Source: Lama glama (taxonomy: Eukaryota). From it: a stretch of 64,000 bases of DNA. This document shows positions 1 to 14,283 of the stretch, in pieces. The stretch spans positions 64,048,001-64,112,000 of the forward strand of contig CM052816.1 of NCBI GenBank assembly GCA_028534125.1. The letters run 5' to 3'. Numbering within the stretch: position 1 is the first letter of the stretch; each line of letters begins with the position of its first letter. The translations under genes were made by a program, and so were the position numbers. The notes below the pieces were generated by a model, which searched no databases, had not been told where the DNA came from, and saw only the letters and a list, made by a program, of their open reading frames with translations.

Positions 1-97
1 AGGGAAATGAGCCTCCTGCCCCGGCAGTGGGCTCTGATACAGTGAGCTTCTGGAAGCCTCTGCCCACAGTTGCTCCTCTTCCTCAGTACTTCTGGGT

Positions 98-660
98 CAG
101 TGGTTCTCAGTGGGAGTGTCGGGGAAGCTTGAGGGAACATTTTTGGGTTGTGTCAATGATCAGGAAGCACCACTGGCATTTGCTGGTAGGGGCAGAGATG
201 TAGGTGTTCATTCTAGAGCACGTAAGACAATGGTCACAACAAAGAATTGTCCTGTGTCCCACATGACTTGGTGGTCCCACCAGATATGGATGCAAGTGAA
301 AAACCTATGCACAGGTTCCTGAGACCAGAGCCTAATTGTGTTTTACGTTGCACAGTATTAATACACACTGAGTTATCCAATAATAAAACTACAGTTGGAA
401 ATTGGGGGATGATTTACTTTGTTTTTCCCAAAACTTCACAGGGTTACTTATCATTTCCCAAAAACCTATCATGTATTTGAGTCACCAACAGGACACACCC
501 ACATAAACTGGCTTTTGAAACTATCACATTTACGATGATTACATAAACAGGTTTCCCCCTCGCTATCCAAAAGTAGAGTGTTCCTGTGAAGCCTTTCCTA
601 AGTTGAAATGGCATAAAGTGAAGAAGCAATTACCTAAGGACACATCTTGCTACCAGATGC
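98..660 (+). mobile_element. MER20B-like hAT-Charlie DNA transposon remnant (left part; probable right end at ~1270-1470)
   Basis: Begins cagtggttctca. Contains MER20-type segments acatttttgggttgt...cactggcatt...cacaacaaagaattgtcc followed by a longer AT-rich body. Confidence 0.6.
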
Positions 661-1129
661 ACAAAATAAACGGACATAAAGCACAGATGCTCCCAGACAT
701 AGTTCAAAGCTACGGTGGCTTGACGCTGAGATGCCTAGTGTAGTTCCCAGGGAAGGAGCTGGCAGCACCTCTCTGCCTGCTGGGGGTGCGCACTGCCTCT
801 GTAACACACACCAGTACTTCTGCTTTTCACCTTTTTCGTAAAAGGAAAAATCCTCTTTAGGTTTCTTTCAGTTGGGAAAAAACAGGGACTAATGTGCGTC
901 TTTCATAAAAGCAAAGGGATGTAAAGCAAACTGGCCAAAAGCAGGGGATATCTGTATGTCTTATTTCAAAACACCACTCTAAAGTGTCTTTGGTGTTCAG
1001 TTAAATGCCGTTTTACTTCTCTTAAATCCAAATATATTTGTTATAAGATGAGGAGAGCATCCAAGTACTTCCTTATGAATCCTACTTCTACCCCAGAGGT
1101 AGTACACAGCCCACCAGCAATGACAGGTA

Positions 1130-1250
1130 CCAGCACCCCTGTTAGGAGGAAGGCTCTCGGGCCCCGCCCTGGAACTACTGAATCTCCGCCTGCATTTAAT
1201 AGGACCTCCAGGTGATTCAGATGCACATAAAAGTTTGAGAAGCTCTCTTC
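1130..1250. mobile_element. MER5-family hAT MITE fragment
   Basis: gggccccgccc...actgaatct...ccaggtgattcagatgcacataaaagtttgagaa matches the MER5A/B core. Confidence 0.65.
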
Positions 1251-2249
1251 TAGGTTACGTAGATCTGAACATGAAAAAAGTATTCTTTTATTGCAAAAGA
1301 TTTTCCTTTTATGGCTTCATTACATTTGGACATTGCATTAATTTTTTCATTATATGTAAAAGACGAGGTATGTTATCAACAAATTTCACCTCAAGAAAGT
1401 AAAATGGAAGTTATAAAATAGATTTTTATGAAAGAGGATGTCGTGTCTGATAGGGTCAAAAATGCAGCTCCAAGATCCCTGGAATTCAGTAACTGGGTGT
1501 GATGAACTTTGGAGCCTGTAAATGAGACTAGGGCACCAGAGTCAAATTTCTCTGAACTTGGCCATTTATAAACTCTAATGACTCCTAAATCTGTATCTCC
1601 AGCTAGTGTCTCACCCTCAGCACATACGTGATAAATCCCTGCTTTCTAAATATACATTTGCCAGATCACAGAGTAAGTGCCCTGCTGTCTTCCACAGGGT
1701 CAGGCTGCTCTCACTTACTTATTCTACAAATGTTTTTTGATCCCCTTCTATGGGCCACGCAATGTCACAGGGCTGTGAGTAACAGAAAGACAAAGCCCGC
1801 CTTTGTGGAGCTAACAACAGTCTAGTAGGAGAGCTAAGAAGCCCGCAAATAACTGTACAAAGAGTCAGAAACTGACAAGTGCACTGAGAGAGGTACAGAT
1901 AATGTGACGGAGATGACTTCTGCGTAGAAAGAACATTGAGAGGTCGCCAAAAGTCAGCGGAGCCCTCTACACTGCCTAGAAACCCATGGTCTCCCTCAGG
2001 AGCTCTCTGGTTCCCCGAAGCAGCTATTTAAGCCTTCTATACTCTCCTCAAACCTGGGTTGCTACACCTGCTTTATTCTCAAAGCGGAATAAATCACCAG
2101 GTGGAACTCCTTCCAATTCCGTCACTTCCTCCCTGCACCCGCACTGGTCTCCATCTCCTCCCCACCTCCTGTCACTGTGGCAGGGCTGTTCCTACTCTGC
2201 TTCCCATCCCTGCTTTCCTCCTCGGACATCTCTCTACAAAGTGGATCAT

Positions 2250-3190
2250 TCTCTCCCTCCCCTGTAAGGTCCACATCGCCCTCTCGACGGGATTCTTCAT
2301 ATTAACCTTTAGACATGCTTCCACTATTTATTTCTTAACCATCATTCAAGCTACAGTCTTTCCTCTCCACTATCAAACTTCTTTGAAAACAGAATGTGCC
2401 TCCACCTCCTTAACTTTGCAACCAGCTTCTGACCTAACCACCCACAGAAGCTGCTCTTACCCGTACGGTCACCAACTACCTGCTTGTTACCAGTGCCAAC
2501 AAAATCTTCTGTCCTCATCTCATTTGGACTTCCAGTATTTGACACTGCTGATCAGGCCCCTGAAACAGTCTCTTCCCTTGGTTTTCATGCCACCCCACCC
2601 CAGTCATCTTCCCCTCCCTCTCAGACTCGCCTTCTCTACAGGTTCTCGTCTCTTAAAGCCAGTGTACTTTGCAGTTCCACCCAAGGCCCTCTTCACTCTC
2701 AATAACACTTTTTCTGGACTTAACCATTTATACCCTTTAATGATCCCTAAATCTGTAACTCGAGCTGAGTTCTCCCTATTGGACAGACTTCCAGACAACT
2801 CCATTTGGACGTCTCCGACTCAGAATATCCAGCACTAAATTAATTCACTATCCCCACCCGACCTGTTCTTCCTTCCTTGATCTCCCTGTCAATGAATGGC
2901 ACCTCCGTATCTCAGCCTAGACACTGAGACATCATCCTTGACCCTTCCCACACACCAACACCAAATCCATCACCCCCAAATCCATGCTTAACCCTACAGC
3001 CAGAGTCGTCTGACATGTGAACATGATGACTTCACCACTCTGCTTAAGACACTGTCATGGTTCCCTCGTGTCCTCAGGATAAACCCCAGCTACACTGAAC
3101 GCTTCCTAGTGCTTCCCTTTTTTCTTTTTCATCCTCCAATCTCAGACCAACTTGACCTTTTAACTGACTCATGTTACCCTCACTTCCACA
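2250..3190 (+). mobile_element. L2 LINE remnant (degenerate ORF2/RT and 3' region)
   Basis: ORF 2484..2705 gives PVFDTADQAPETVSSLGFH, resembling L2 RT 'AFDTVDH...ETLSSLGF'. Pyrimidine-rich L2-type segments (atccctaaatctgta, gacatcatccttgac). Confidence 0.75.
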
Positions 3191-5094
3191 GCTGTTAGAA
3201 GTGCTGATGGATCCCCCATTACCAACAGGACCAAGTCAGACATCTTCACGTATTCAGGTTCTGCCAGGAAAAACACGGTGCATTCAGAATGGTTGGACTG
3301 TTGTCAGGATGGCTGGAATATAGTGTCCTTCAGGGAGGGGCAAGAGATGAGCCAGACAAATGCACTGAACCAGATCACAGAGAGCCCTGAGTGTCAAAAC
3401 AGGAAATTTAAACTTACCTCATGAGCAATGGGAAATGTGTCTTTGCAAAGATTTTGTACAGCAGTCACTTTGGTGCCCACACCTCATTGCCTCAGCTGCA
3501 GTGGGCAGTTCAGCATGAGTACAGACTCTCCTGGAGAGAGTCTGACCTGAAGCATGACCCACGGCAAGCTTACACCATGTACATTTCCACTTTTTGCCTC
3601 AGGACTTCTCCAGGACAAAAACTTCACAGAACATGTAAAAATGCACACATACCCTCCAGTTCCCAACAGCTTGATGATAATAAAGAAGGCAGGGCAAACA
3701 CTCAAGCGTGCGTGACTGAGAAGATGAGGTACCACTGACAGAAAAAGAGACAGTCTCATCAGGAGACAGAGGCACTTGACCTCAGAAATCCGGTGAGCAG
3801 GAGGAAGCAGGGAACCAAGGCAGATGGGGAGCAGAGAAGTAACTTAGGATGTCCAAGCTGCAGGACAGAAAACCGAGGGAGGGCACAAGAGCTCTCTGCA
3901 CATATATAAATGTCTGACAGGAAGGAGAGACTAGAAAAGGGAGGAGACAGAAGGATTATCAGCAAAGAGCAGAAAACCTCACGGAGGAAGACTGCAGCTC
4001 AGTCCATCGAAGTACTTTCGGACCCCTGGCTGAGTGTGAGGGAGTGAGCATCCTCTCCCAGGATGGCTCAAACAGGATGTCCAGGAGGCTGGAGATCAGA
4101 TTCCTAATCCAGGGCGGCCAGACTAAGTAAGATTAGATCCAGCTCCCAGGGCTCCAACCTCCATTTCCCTCCGATTCCTGCCACTCCCCATCTTCACCTT
4201 GGTGATGTAGTCTCATCATGGCTTTTGCCTCAGAAGCAACTCTGAGCAAGACTAGGGAAGAGATGATGCTTGTCCTAGGTCCCCTCCACCACTGCTCCCG
4301 GGACCGTTTCCCTCCCACTCACCCCCTCCCCACCAGGAGCCCAGCACCTCACCCTCCCTGCAGCCAGCCCTCCCAGCACTGCCACCCCCCCAGGATCTCT
4401 AGCTCCTTCAAATCCATCTTCCCAGGCCCCTCTGCCTTTGGGTGTTTGCTCTCCAAGGCTAGAAACTCTGAGAAACTGAGCTCCGGACTTCAAAAGAACT
4501 GACTTTATTTGCATATATTAAAACAAGCCAAAGTGCCAGGTGGGCCCTTTAGTGCCCCTGCAGCCACACCACGCACAAGTCCAGCCATTTTCCAGGCTGT
4601 CCCTCACCCTGAAATCTTCACGAATCTTCCCAGACAAGGATTCCAGGAAAGAGCCTTTACCTTCTGGGTCAGACAATTCTCTCAGCAATATGTCCCTTGT
4701 TGTCCTTCTCTGGACAAGAGGACGGGGGGTGCTTGACTCAAAATACTTGTTCAGGAGAGCAGCACACATACCCATAGACACACACATATCAATTTATCTT
4801 AAACATCAAATTAGCAAATTCATGATCCAATCTTCTGGGGGAAGAGTTTCTCTGAATAAGTTCTAAGCAAAAGGAACTTATTTTTGGCCTTTTATTCAAT
4901 AAGTGTTTTTTTGTTTGTTTGTTTGTTTGTTTTTGAACACTGCAGTGAACTAGGCACTAAAGGGGACAAAAAAGAAACGGCAAGTGTATCCCTTGCCCTT
5001 AGAACTGCATTGGGAAGAAGAGACCCTCACACATAGGAAGCCAAGTGATAGCACAGGCAGCAGGCTAAGGCGGGGGCCATGTGGCTACACAAAC

Positions 5095-5290
5095 TCAGTG
5101 GCCCTTAAACTCTGGAGTGCCTAAGAATCCTCAAAGGGTGGAGACGTTAAAAATGCCGATTCCTCATCTCTATCCAAAAGATTAGAGTCACCAGGTCTCT
5201 GGTGAGTTTCAGAAATTCGTGTTTTAAATAAGCTTTTAAATAATTCTGATGCAGATGGTCCACAGGCCAACATTGATGAACACAGTCCAG
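5095..5290. mobile_element. MER5-family hAT MITE
   Basis: cagtggcccttaaact...gttaaaaatgccgattcct...taattctgatgcagatggtccacagg. Confidence 0.6.
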
Positions 5291-8200
5291 CTAGCTGCTC
5301 TCCGTAGGTGACCAGGAGGAAACAGAAGCCAACTGGGCAGGCTCGGAAAATGAGCTGTTTTTGTGTTTAGACCTTAAGAAGCTGGAATCCTTTTCATTCC
5401 TCCTCTGCACAGTTGAGTGTTCTGAAGGAGAGCCAATTATCTGGAGAATGTGCAATTGGCACTACGAATAAAAAAGGACATGTACGTACAGCTGAGTCTA
5501 GAGTCGATGAAACCAGTTTATCTGAATCTGATTCCGGGGCAGTTCGATGCTGAAAGGTGGTGTTATGACTCACTGAAGCTTTCACATCTATTGTTTTTCT
5601 TTTCCTGGGTGGCTTTGCCAAGGACCTCACAGATACCATTATTTTCAGATTACTGTTATTACACACATTCTTCTTGAATAAAATACTACTTTGTTTTTTA
5701 TCTCCATAGAGCGAGGACCAGGTTTCAGTTGTTTTCTTATCTGTATATGTAAGACAATCGGAACACTGCCCTGCTGGGCTTATTCTCCAGTCTCGCGGGT
5801 GTGGTAGAAAGCAGGCAGAATCCCAGGGAGGCTTGCTGAGGCCCAGGGAGAGAGGAGGAGCTGTGGGGAAGCTCTCCATTCTCCTTGGGCCCTTCCTGGA
5901 GAGCCATGCACTCCTCAACATCGGTGGACCACCTGCTATGACCTGCTATGACTCGGGGCTTCCGTTCCCGAGGAGGGAAACATAAATAAATGAAGAAACA
6001 CATAAACTGGAAAATAACGGTAGGGATAGGTGCTAGGAGAGGTTTTCAAGCCAATGAGGCAGGAGAGAAAGACCAGGAGGAGCTGACGGGTAGCAACAGG
6101 AGGGAGAGCTGGGGGCAGAGCCAGCCAGGTGCCCTTTGGAGGGGACAAATTTAGCATATTCAAGGAACTGAAAGCACGTAAATACGGCTACAGCCAAAAT
6201 GAGATCAATGCATAAAAGTAATACAGAGAATTCTGAGAAGACTCAGAGGTTTCGTCTCAGATGGGAAGGAAAAGAAACTAAAGCCACAGGCTGACAGTGG
6301 TTGCCTCACAACCAATGGACGGGGTGCTACCTAGTTCCCTGCGGACACTCCAGAAACTGGGCTTAAACTGCATCATGAGCAAACAAAGTCTGATATGAAG
6401 GAAAGGAGTTTCTGCAATTTAGCAGGAATGAGTGATTGACAAGTAACACCACCCAGAAACTGACAGATTGTCAAGCCTGCCTGCTAGCCCTGGGTTATTT
6501 CAGCCTGGAATCTCTGGCCCAGAAAGAGCAGTCATTGCTTTTCCCCTCGACGGATTTCTCCATAGAGAGTTCAGAACAGGAGAAAACGAGAGATTAGCAC
6601 GCTTTCTGAAAGCCATGAAACGAGGGAGTTCTGTGTGCTGTGCCGGCACTGGGCTCTGTCTGCATCTCCACAGCAGCTCCTGTTGTGTGTATCTACCAAG
6701 CTGACTGAGCCTCACTGGTGGGTGGCACTTTAACAAGTGGACTGCAGACTAAATTCAAAGAATTGTCGGTGGCAAATGATACTTTATTCAATATGTGTAC
6801 TTGTTCTGCTGACTCAGGTTCTGGTCTTTAAAATGGACCGTTCCTTGAGGTGGAGTCAAGGAAGACGCTTGCCTGATTTGCTCTGGCCTGGCACCTGGGC
6901 TTGTCTAGAACAGCTGTTCCACCTGGGCTTCCGCAGGTGGGATTTACTTTTAACCTACTGCAGAGAAGTGTACACTGTCCTGTGCCTGGGCAGACGCCTA
7001 GAAGACCTCTACTGCGGGGGGGGGGGGGTGGCGTGGCCCAACACTGGAATTATTAGACAAGGCCAGTCTCTAAGACTGCCCTCTGTTCTGTGGCAAAAGG
7101 GACACAGAATATAGCCCCTTGCTAAGCCTGAGTGCACTTCCAAATGTTCCTCATGAAGAATGAGTGTATCTCAGTTTTTTTGGAGGGACCCATCTGCTCA
7201 AACGTTTCTGAGTCTCTACTCCTAAGCTGTGTCCTTAAGCCCTAAGACACAGATGCCCCAGATACAGATGCTCCCAGGAGCCCCTGGATGCAGGTCCAAG
7301 GAGCGCCTGGCACACAGATGCCTCGGGGTTTCCTTCGGGCCGCGCCGTCTCACGTCCACCCTCACACTGCACTCACTAGCCTCCTTGGTCCCTGATGCCC
7401 TTCTTATTCACCTGACTCTCCCTTCTCTCCCCTGGTACAACCTTGGTAACTCGACGCCGGTTCTGGGTTCCTCTGCCCTGGGCATCAGTGGCTAAGTTCC
7501 TGGGTATTACTGCTGGGACTTGCTCTGGCCTCTGAAATATGCCACCTCAGCCAGCGCAACTCCCAGACCCTGCCAGCCTGCTCTGTCCAGAGAGAAGTCA
7601 AGACATTAAGACCATTCAGTGTCTGTCCATGAATTCCACACTCTGGTCCCATACAGTACAAGTCAGTCTTCCCCTAATCCCCAGAAACGTCCTCAGACAG
7701 GTTCGGCTCCCGTGTGCCAGCAGCTCAGAACATCGTGACCAGGTATGTTTACCTGACTGCTCCTGCCCCTCGGCCTTCTCTGGCCAAGGTCTGATGGCGC
7801 AGAAGCCCAGGACAAGGCCACAGGGATGCCAGCGTGCAGAACCTCTCCTCATAGTCCCTGTCTGGCTTTAAGGGCAGAGGCACCCCACCTAGTGGTCTGC
7901 CCTCCTCTCACCACTCTCTCTCTCACAGTTTTGGGGCTGGTCTCTGGTTCCTCTCACCTCCTTCTCCAGCCATGTTATCCACGACTGTATTCGGGATTTC
8001 TGGGGCAGCTTCACTGTGGTTTGGTAGAGGGACGATGAAAGATCGTTTTCCACCTTATTGTCTTGAGAAAGCATGAACCTACCAGGTTTAGGGGCCCGGA
8101 CAGACAGTTACTCTAAACAGATAGCGTCCCCGCGCTGACCCATTTCTCTTGTGGGCCGATCAGACGCTGCCTCCTCCACTTCGCCAAGGCACACGGGCTG

Positions 8201-9024
8201 CTGCTCCTGGGGTTCTTTTCTAGGGCTGAAGTGGCAGTGCTTCTGATTTGGCCCCTGCATGTTATTTGTTTATCTTGACATACAGGTTTGTCCCAGAGGG
8301 AAATGCTTAAAAAGTGGCGTGGCATCCCGGATATAGAAAGAAATGCAGCTTTAACTTATGTCAGCCCCTCTCCTGCCAGACTCCTCCCAATTATTCTGCA
8401 GGCTTCTTTGCCCCGAGGGCAGTTTGCGGCTCCAGGGGACTGGAATTGGCTTAAAAAAATTTCTTTCCTCTCTGTGCCCCATGTGAGGAAGCATTGTGTG
8501 CTCTCTAAATAATAAGACTGGCTTTGTGTGACCTAACTGGACAGGCCCTTTGAGAGATTTTTCAGTTGCAGAAAGAGCAGTCAGCTGCACCCTAGGAAAC
8601 CAAGAAGTTTCCAGACCAAGGAGAAAAGTCCATGACAGCAAGATTTTTTTTTGCTCTTAAATTACATTGTGTGTGAACTAATTCCTCTCTCCCACTAGCA
8701 TTTAAGGTAACTAGGTAAAAGTGCAGCAGAAGAATCCAAATTTATATTTTGGATCTGATAAATAATAGCATTTAATAAGATGTTCCCCACCCACCCAATG
8801 CTAACAAAGTAACAATCAATCAACAAATCATTTGAGAGCCCTTATTATATGCAAAGTATTGCCATCGATCAAGATAATTATTTATTACATTTATTGATTT
8901 CCTACTTGGGACTCAGCACTAACTAGAAGCTAAGGCATTAGAAAGAGGCAGAAGTCATAGTGTTTGGCCTCCAGCTTACAACCTCCCACTTAGAAGAGAA
9001 CATGGACGAGAATTAACCACCTCC

Positions 9025-9145
9025 ATGGTACCAGGCACGAACTAGGAATTTATGTATATAAGTTACCTCATTCAACCACCTCAATAATTCTGTGAGGGAG
9101 ATAGTAGTATCTCCATGTTACAGATGTGGAAATTGACATCCAAAG
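9025..9145 (-). mobile_element. MIR SINE fragment
   Basis: Reverse MIR core: ctgtgaggg...atctccatgttacagatgtggaaattga. Confidence 0.65.
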
Positions 9146-9153
9146 AGTATATA

Positions 9154-9599
9154 TGTGGAAGGCAGAAATATGCCTCCCCCTACTCCAAAGATGCTCATGC
9201 CCAAATCCCTGTGAATATGCTACCGCAAATGGCAAAAGGGACTTTATAGAAGTGACTGAGCTAAGGATCTTGAGATGGGGAGGTTATCCCAGGTTATCCG
9301 GGTGCCCACTGTAATCACAAAGGTCCCCAAAAGAGGCAGACCTCTGGGAAGGTCAGAGTAACAGAGGCATAGATGTGACGAAGGAAACAGAAGTTGGACT
9401 GATGTGAGGCCATGAGCCAAGAAATGTAGGCAGCCTCTAGAAGTTAGAAAAGGCAAGGAAATGGATTCTCTTCCTAGAGACAGCTGCCTTGCTGACCCAT
9501 CTAAGACTTTCAACCTTCAAAACTGTAAAGTAATAAATGTATATTGTTTTAAGCCCCTGTATTTGTGGTAATTTGTTACAGCAATAGAAAAAAAATACA
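9154..9599 (+). mobile_element. MLT1 (MLT1D-like) MaLR solo LTR
   Basis: TG...CA termini. Diagnostic ggcaaaagggacttt, aaggatcttgagatgggg, aaaaggcaaggaaatggattct, aataaat...ttttaagcc...tttgttacagca. Confidence 0.85.
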
Positions 9600-10644
9600 G
9601 TATGCTTATTCACACCTGCCCCTACTGCATCCCACTGTGGACTTGAGTTGGCCAGAAAAGGTTACTCCAAGGGGGAAGAGCCATGTAGGGCTATCACACT
9701 GAGTGACTGGCTCCTGCAAAGCAGGGACCCCCATAACAGGATTCAAACCAAATAAACGTATCCTTAAAGTCTAGGTCCTTTCTTTTTTGTTGATCTGCTC
9801 CCTGAAGGGGAGGGGGAGGGGTAAAGTGAGTGAAATGCCAGAAGAAATATTCCATGATAAAATGACATGCTCAATGAATCAGTAAGGAATTCAGGAAATG
9901 TGTGAGTTCCGAGAAAGTTGCTGGTGCCTACTGCAGCGATCAGAGAAGGCTTAGCTGGGGAGGCAGAGCTTAACCTGGGCCTGCAGCATGGGTAGAGTGG
10001 GCAGCACTAGAGGAAAACAGAACGTCTTGCAGGTGGGGGAATGGCCTGATGTAAGAAACGCCCTTAGGAACAGAAAAATAAACCGATCTTCCCAACCCGT
10101 ATCGTCTCTCTTATTCTCACCCCATTCTCTACCTGTGGATTCTCATTAAATCTGCTGACCGAAATCTTGGCAAAGGCCTTAGATAACATCTTGTGGTCCC
10201 GCTTAACTCACAGATGGCAGGTCTTGACCCCAAAAGGTGTATTTGTCTTTTTTGCCCACAGTTAAGTCTCCCGGTCAAGTACTCCCCAACAATAAGGAAC
10301 AAAGTGTTTTCAGTTCTTCAAAGTCAACAAGGACATTCTTCATATGTAAGAGTGGCCAGTTTGATTCAGCATGTCTAAATGAAGAAAATTTGCATTAGAA
10401 TTCTAGACTTTGACCTAGGTGGGGCAATTTTGTTAAGTACAAAGGTAGTGTGTTCACAGACACACTTTTAAGCCACATTTAACTTAGTAAACTATGAAAG
10501 AGGTGACATATAATACAAATGACCCTGGGGCAGAAGACCCAACCTCTAGTCCTGAGGTCTGTCGTCACCTTCAACATGACATTGAGCAAACCCCGTTACA
10601 TCTTCTGGGAAATGAGAACTTGGTTTTAAAATTCTCTTAATCAT

Positions 10645-11590
10645 TTAAGATAGTTTGGCCATAAGCAACAGAAATCCTGATTTGAACTGGTTTAAACATT
10701 AAGGAAATGTACTATCCTGCAAAACAGAAAGCTGAGTGGCAGGGCAGCTTTGGGCTTTATTAGTCAAGGTTCTCCAGTGAAACAGAACCAACAGGAGAGA
10801 TATGTATACATATATGTGTATATATATCATGTATCATATGTGTATATATATTATATTACTGTATTACATTGTATATTATATTATACTATGTTACATTATA
10901 TTGGCTCACATGATTAGAGAGGCTGAGAAGTCCCATGACCTGCTGTCTACAAGCTAGAGGCTTAGAAAAGCCAATGGTGTAACTCCAGCTCAAACCAGAG
11001 GCATGAGAACCAGGGGAGCCAATGGTGTTAATTCCAGTCTGAGTCTGAAGGCCCAAGAACCAGAAGCACTGATGCCTGAGGGCAGGAGGAGACCGCTGTC
11101 TCAGTTCAATCAAGGGAGCAAATTCACCCATCTCCCTACTTTTGTTCTACTCAGGCCCTTAACAGATTGGATGATACCCATCCACACTGGTGAAGTTGAT
11201 CTTCTTTACTCAGTCTACCTATTCAAATACTAATCTCTTCTGGAAACACCCTCATAGGCACACCCAGAAATAATGTTTTACCAGCATCCCTTAGCCTAGT
11301 CAAGTTAACACAAAAAATTAGCCATCACACAGGTTGACCGATTCAGCGTCTTGATGATGTCATCAAGGACCCAGGTTCTTTCTATCTTTCTTTCCAGTTT
11401 TGCCATCCTGAGTATCAGCTTAGTCTTTATGCTGGTAGTAAGATGACTGCCATCATTCCAGGAAATACAGTCAACACAAAGAATCCAGAGGAAAAGAAGT
11501 GAGAGAATCTCCCAGAAGACTTCCACTCACATAGAACTGGTCATCACTGACTCACACGTGCCCATTTCTGAACCAACCACTGACAAGGAG
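10645..11590 (-). mobile_element. Old MLT1J/K/L-type LTR split by the MLT2 insertion
   Basis: gcaacagaaatcc...aactggtttaaaca on the left of the MLT2 and gatgtcatcaaggacccagg...ctgaaccaaccact on the right. Confidence 0.55.
10756..11329 (-). mobile_element. MLT2 (ERVL) solo LTR with internal TA-rich microsatellite (10800-10900)
   Basis: tattagtcaaggttctccag...aaacagaaccaacagga, attggctcacatgatt...gctgagaagtccca, ending agtcaagttaacacaaaaaattagccatcaca. Confidence 0.85.
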
Positions 11591-13714
11591 ACCCCTTGAG
11601 GGGTGTCCTGAGGATACAGGAGAAAGAAAAACTGAACAAAATCATTATTCTGTATGGAAGAAAAATGAGAAAATTGTTGCTAGACAGGAAATTATACTGA
11701 TCCCTATTCTCTCAAAGGTCTCTTCCAGCTCTAAAAATCCATAAATTAAAAAGTCACTGGTTACCTGATGTGGTTTAAAGCCAGACTGCCAATCTGTGTG
11801 CCTACTCAGGACCAAATGCTGTGTTATACACCAGGGATACAGCACAGAGCAAGCATCACGGAACATTCAGGGAGTGTCCAGTCGAGGGGATCCTGACCAC
11901 ATCACAGCCAAGACAGTCAATACTACTGCTTCACCTCTTCTAAAAGTGCTCTCCAGCAGTGGTTCTGGATGAGGCCTGGGAGTCAGGTTGTGCAGATGAA
12001 TGAGCGAAAACGAGTGCCATTGACTCACAAAATTACATGAGAGCTGGCCAACCAACCTCCCTGCTTTCTATCCTTAGACAATCCAAAATTATCTGCTGGT
12101 GTTACACAGTAAGGGACGGCATGGTCAGTTGGGGGTGTTGCATTTTCTTAATAGAAAATCCAAATTGGCTGTTAGAGTTATTGACCTAACACTGACCGTG
12201 GCCGGTTTTGTCTGTTTAAACTCATTCCCAGGTCACTTGAATGAGGAACAGCATTTTTCCCTAGCGTAGACCAGGCCTCAAAAGTTATTTCTTACACCCA
12301 CAATGACTCTTCTAAGGAACGGAGAAAACAGACAGATAGATGTTTCATGAGAAATTGTCTACTTCTCGTTAGTCTTCTTTTGAAGGGCTCAGTACGTTTG
12401 CTCAGTTCCAGTTACCTGTGTCTGTCTTCTCTGGCTGGATTAGTAACTATTCAACTCAGCCAAAGCACAGAACAGTGTCACTAAAATGACTGTTCTTCCC
12501 CCAGCAGGATACTTAGGTTTTGACTGAGTAATCAATTTCACCAGGGTCTTTATTATACCAAGTAATAGAAACAGGAGGTATGTTTTCTTACATAATATAC
12601 TGTAAACTAGCTAGAAGTAGATGGCAGAAAAGTCCTTTCTTAAATATGAAAGTTACACATACGAGGTCATAAATTTATGTCCCTCATCTCCCAACAGTTT
12701 CACCAGACAACCTTGAGAACAGAATTATAAATACAGACATATTGATACATAAGTAGAAAGTAATAAGTATATTAGAATGAATGAAAATTAAACATTTTTC
12801 AAGCTCTAATTTTTCTACCAAATTATTGTTGGCAGTTGTTGGACTATGGGGAAGGCATTCTGTTCTTGTTATAAGGCTTGAATTTACCATATAAAAGTGG
12901 ATCTGGGCAGCACATTGAGGGGAACTCCGTAAGACCAGCAGTAATAATTAATTCTATCTTTCTCCCCATCAAACTTGTAAGCAGGCCTACTCACAGATGC
13001 TACATTGCCCTATATGAAGTTCATTTCCATTTTCCATCCTTGGTGGAGCTGCTGATAAGCAGTGAAATGGCCCAAACAAGGAGAAGTAAAGAATAACCAG
13101 GAGAAAAACAAAGGCCCAGAATCATCAACAAGCTGAACAATTAGGACTTGAAAAGTGGTGGTCCTAACAGCAACCGAAAGGGAGAGTAGTGGGATCTGTC
13201 AGTTTTCCTTCAGACTCTCCTTTCGGGTCTATTAATTTGGTGGAGACTTCTGATTTGATGGCTTTAAGATCACATATAGCATTGACTTTTTATACCCCAT
13301 CTCTCACTTTCCTGCTTGAGGTTTTTCCTTGGGGGGAGGCATCTTTAAAGCCTATTGCTTTTCATTCTCCCAGGATCTATGCTTTGTCTCTTGATGTATT
13401 TTAGTCACAGTTCCAAGGGGGGACAGGTAAAATAACTTTACAATCAAAATCCAAACATAAACAGATGGCTCCTTTATTCAAAGAAAATGCAAGGACTTTA
13501 GGTCTCCTGTGGTGATGGGATTTGGCCTGAACACTAAGGGATCTCAGGGTCAACGGCCCAGAGTTCAGGCCTGGGAGCCCAGTATCAAGGGCTCTCTGCT
13601 TCATTTCAACTCCAAGCCAACTGATTGTGTGTTTTTCCAGCCAAGCACTTACTCCAGGATGTGCTAGAAAGACAAATGCCTGAGAAAACTGTGGGCAGGC
13701 TGATAACATTCTCC

Positions 13715-14283
13715 AAGAGTGGCCTTTAAACTATCAGTTCACCTGAAAACTTGTTAAAGATGCAGATTCCTGGACCCCATCCCTGACACTCTGAAACAGC
13801 CCTGGAATCTGCTTTTTCAAAAGGCTTATCAGATCATTTTTGTGCTCACTGAAACATGAGGACCTATTCTAGACTCCTGGTACTCAAAGGTGGCCTTGAG
13901 ACCAGCAACATGAGCATCACCTGGGAGCTTGTTAGAAATGCAGAATCTCAGGCCCCATCTCAGATCTTCTAAACCAGAATCTGCATTCTAACAAGATCTC
14001 CAGATAATTCCTTAAAGTTTGCAAAACATTTTGCTAGGATAGTTTTGTCTTGTAAATTAGTTCTCACCAGCTGGGAAGAGATAACACAGCAATGCAAAAG
14101 GGGGCTTCTTCTCAATCCTAAACTACATACTAGAATCACTAAGGAGCTTTTTACCAATTCTGACATCTCGGCCCTACTACCGGCCAGTTTAATCCAGCCT
14201 TCTGGAAGTGGGGCATCTGCAATTTTTAGACCTCCATGGCTAATTCCAACATGCAGCCAGAATTGAGAACCACTGCTCCACTG
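13715..14283. mobile_element. Cluster of three adjacent MER5A/B MITEs
   Basis: Repeated MER5 cores (tgcagattcctggacccc; cacctgggagcttgttagaaatgcagaatctcaggcccc; attgagaaccactg). Confidence 0.75.

Noticed and set aside
2059..2838. 259-aa ORF, the longest in the window
   Set aside because: Lies within a decayed L2; the RT-like residues are in another frame; no sign of a real protein.
5394..5921. 175-aa minus-strand ORF and overlapping plus-strand ORF in unique DNA (possible retrocopy or exon)
   Set aside because: No recognisable family, no poly(A)/TSD, no consistent splice frame. A BLASTX search would settle it.
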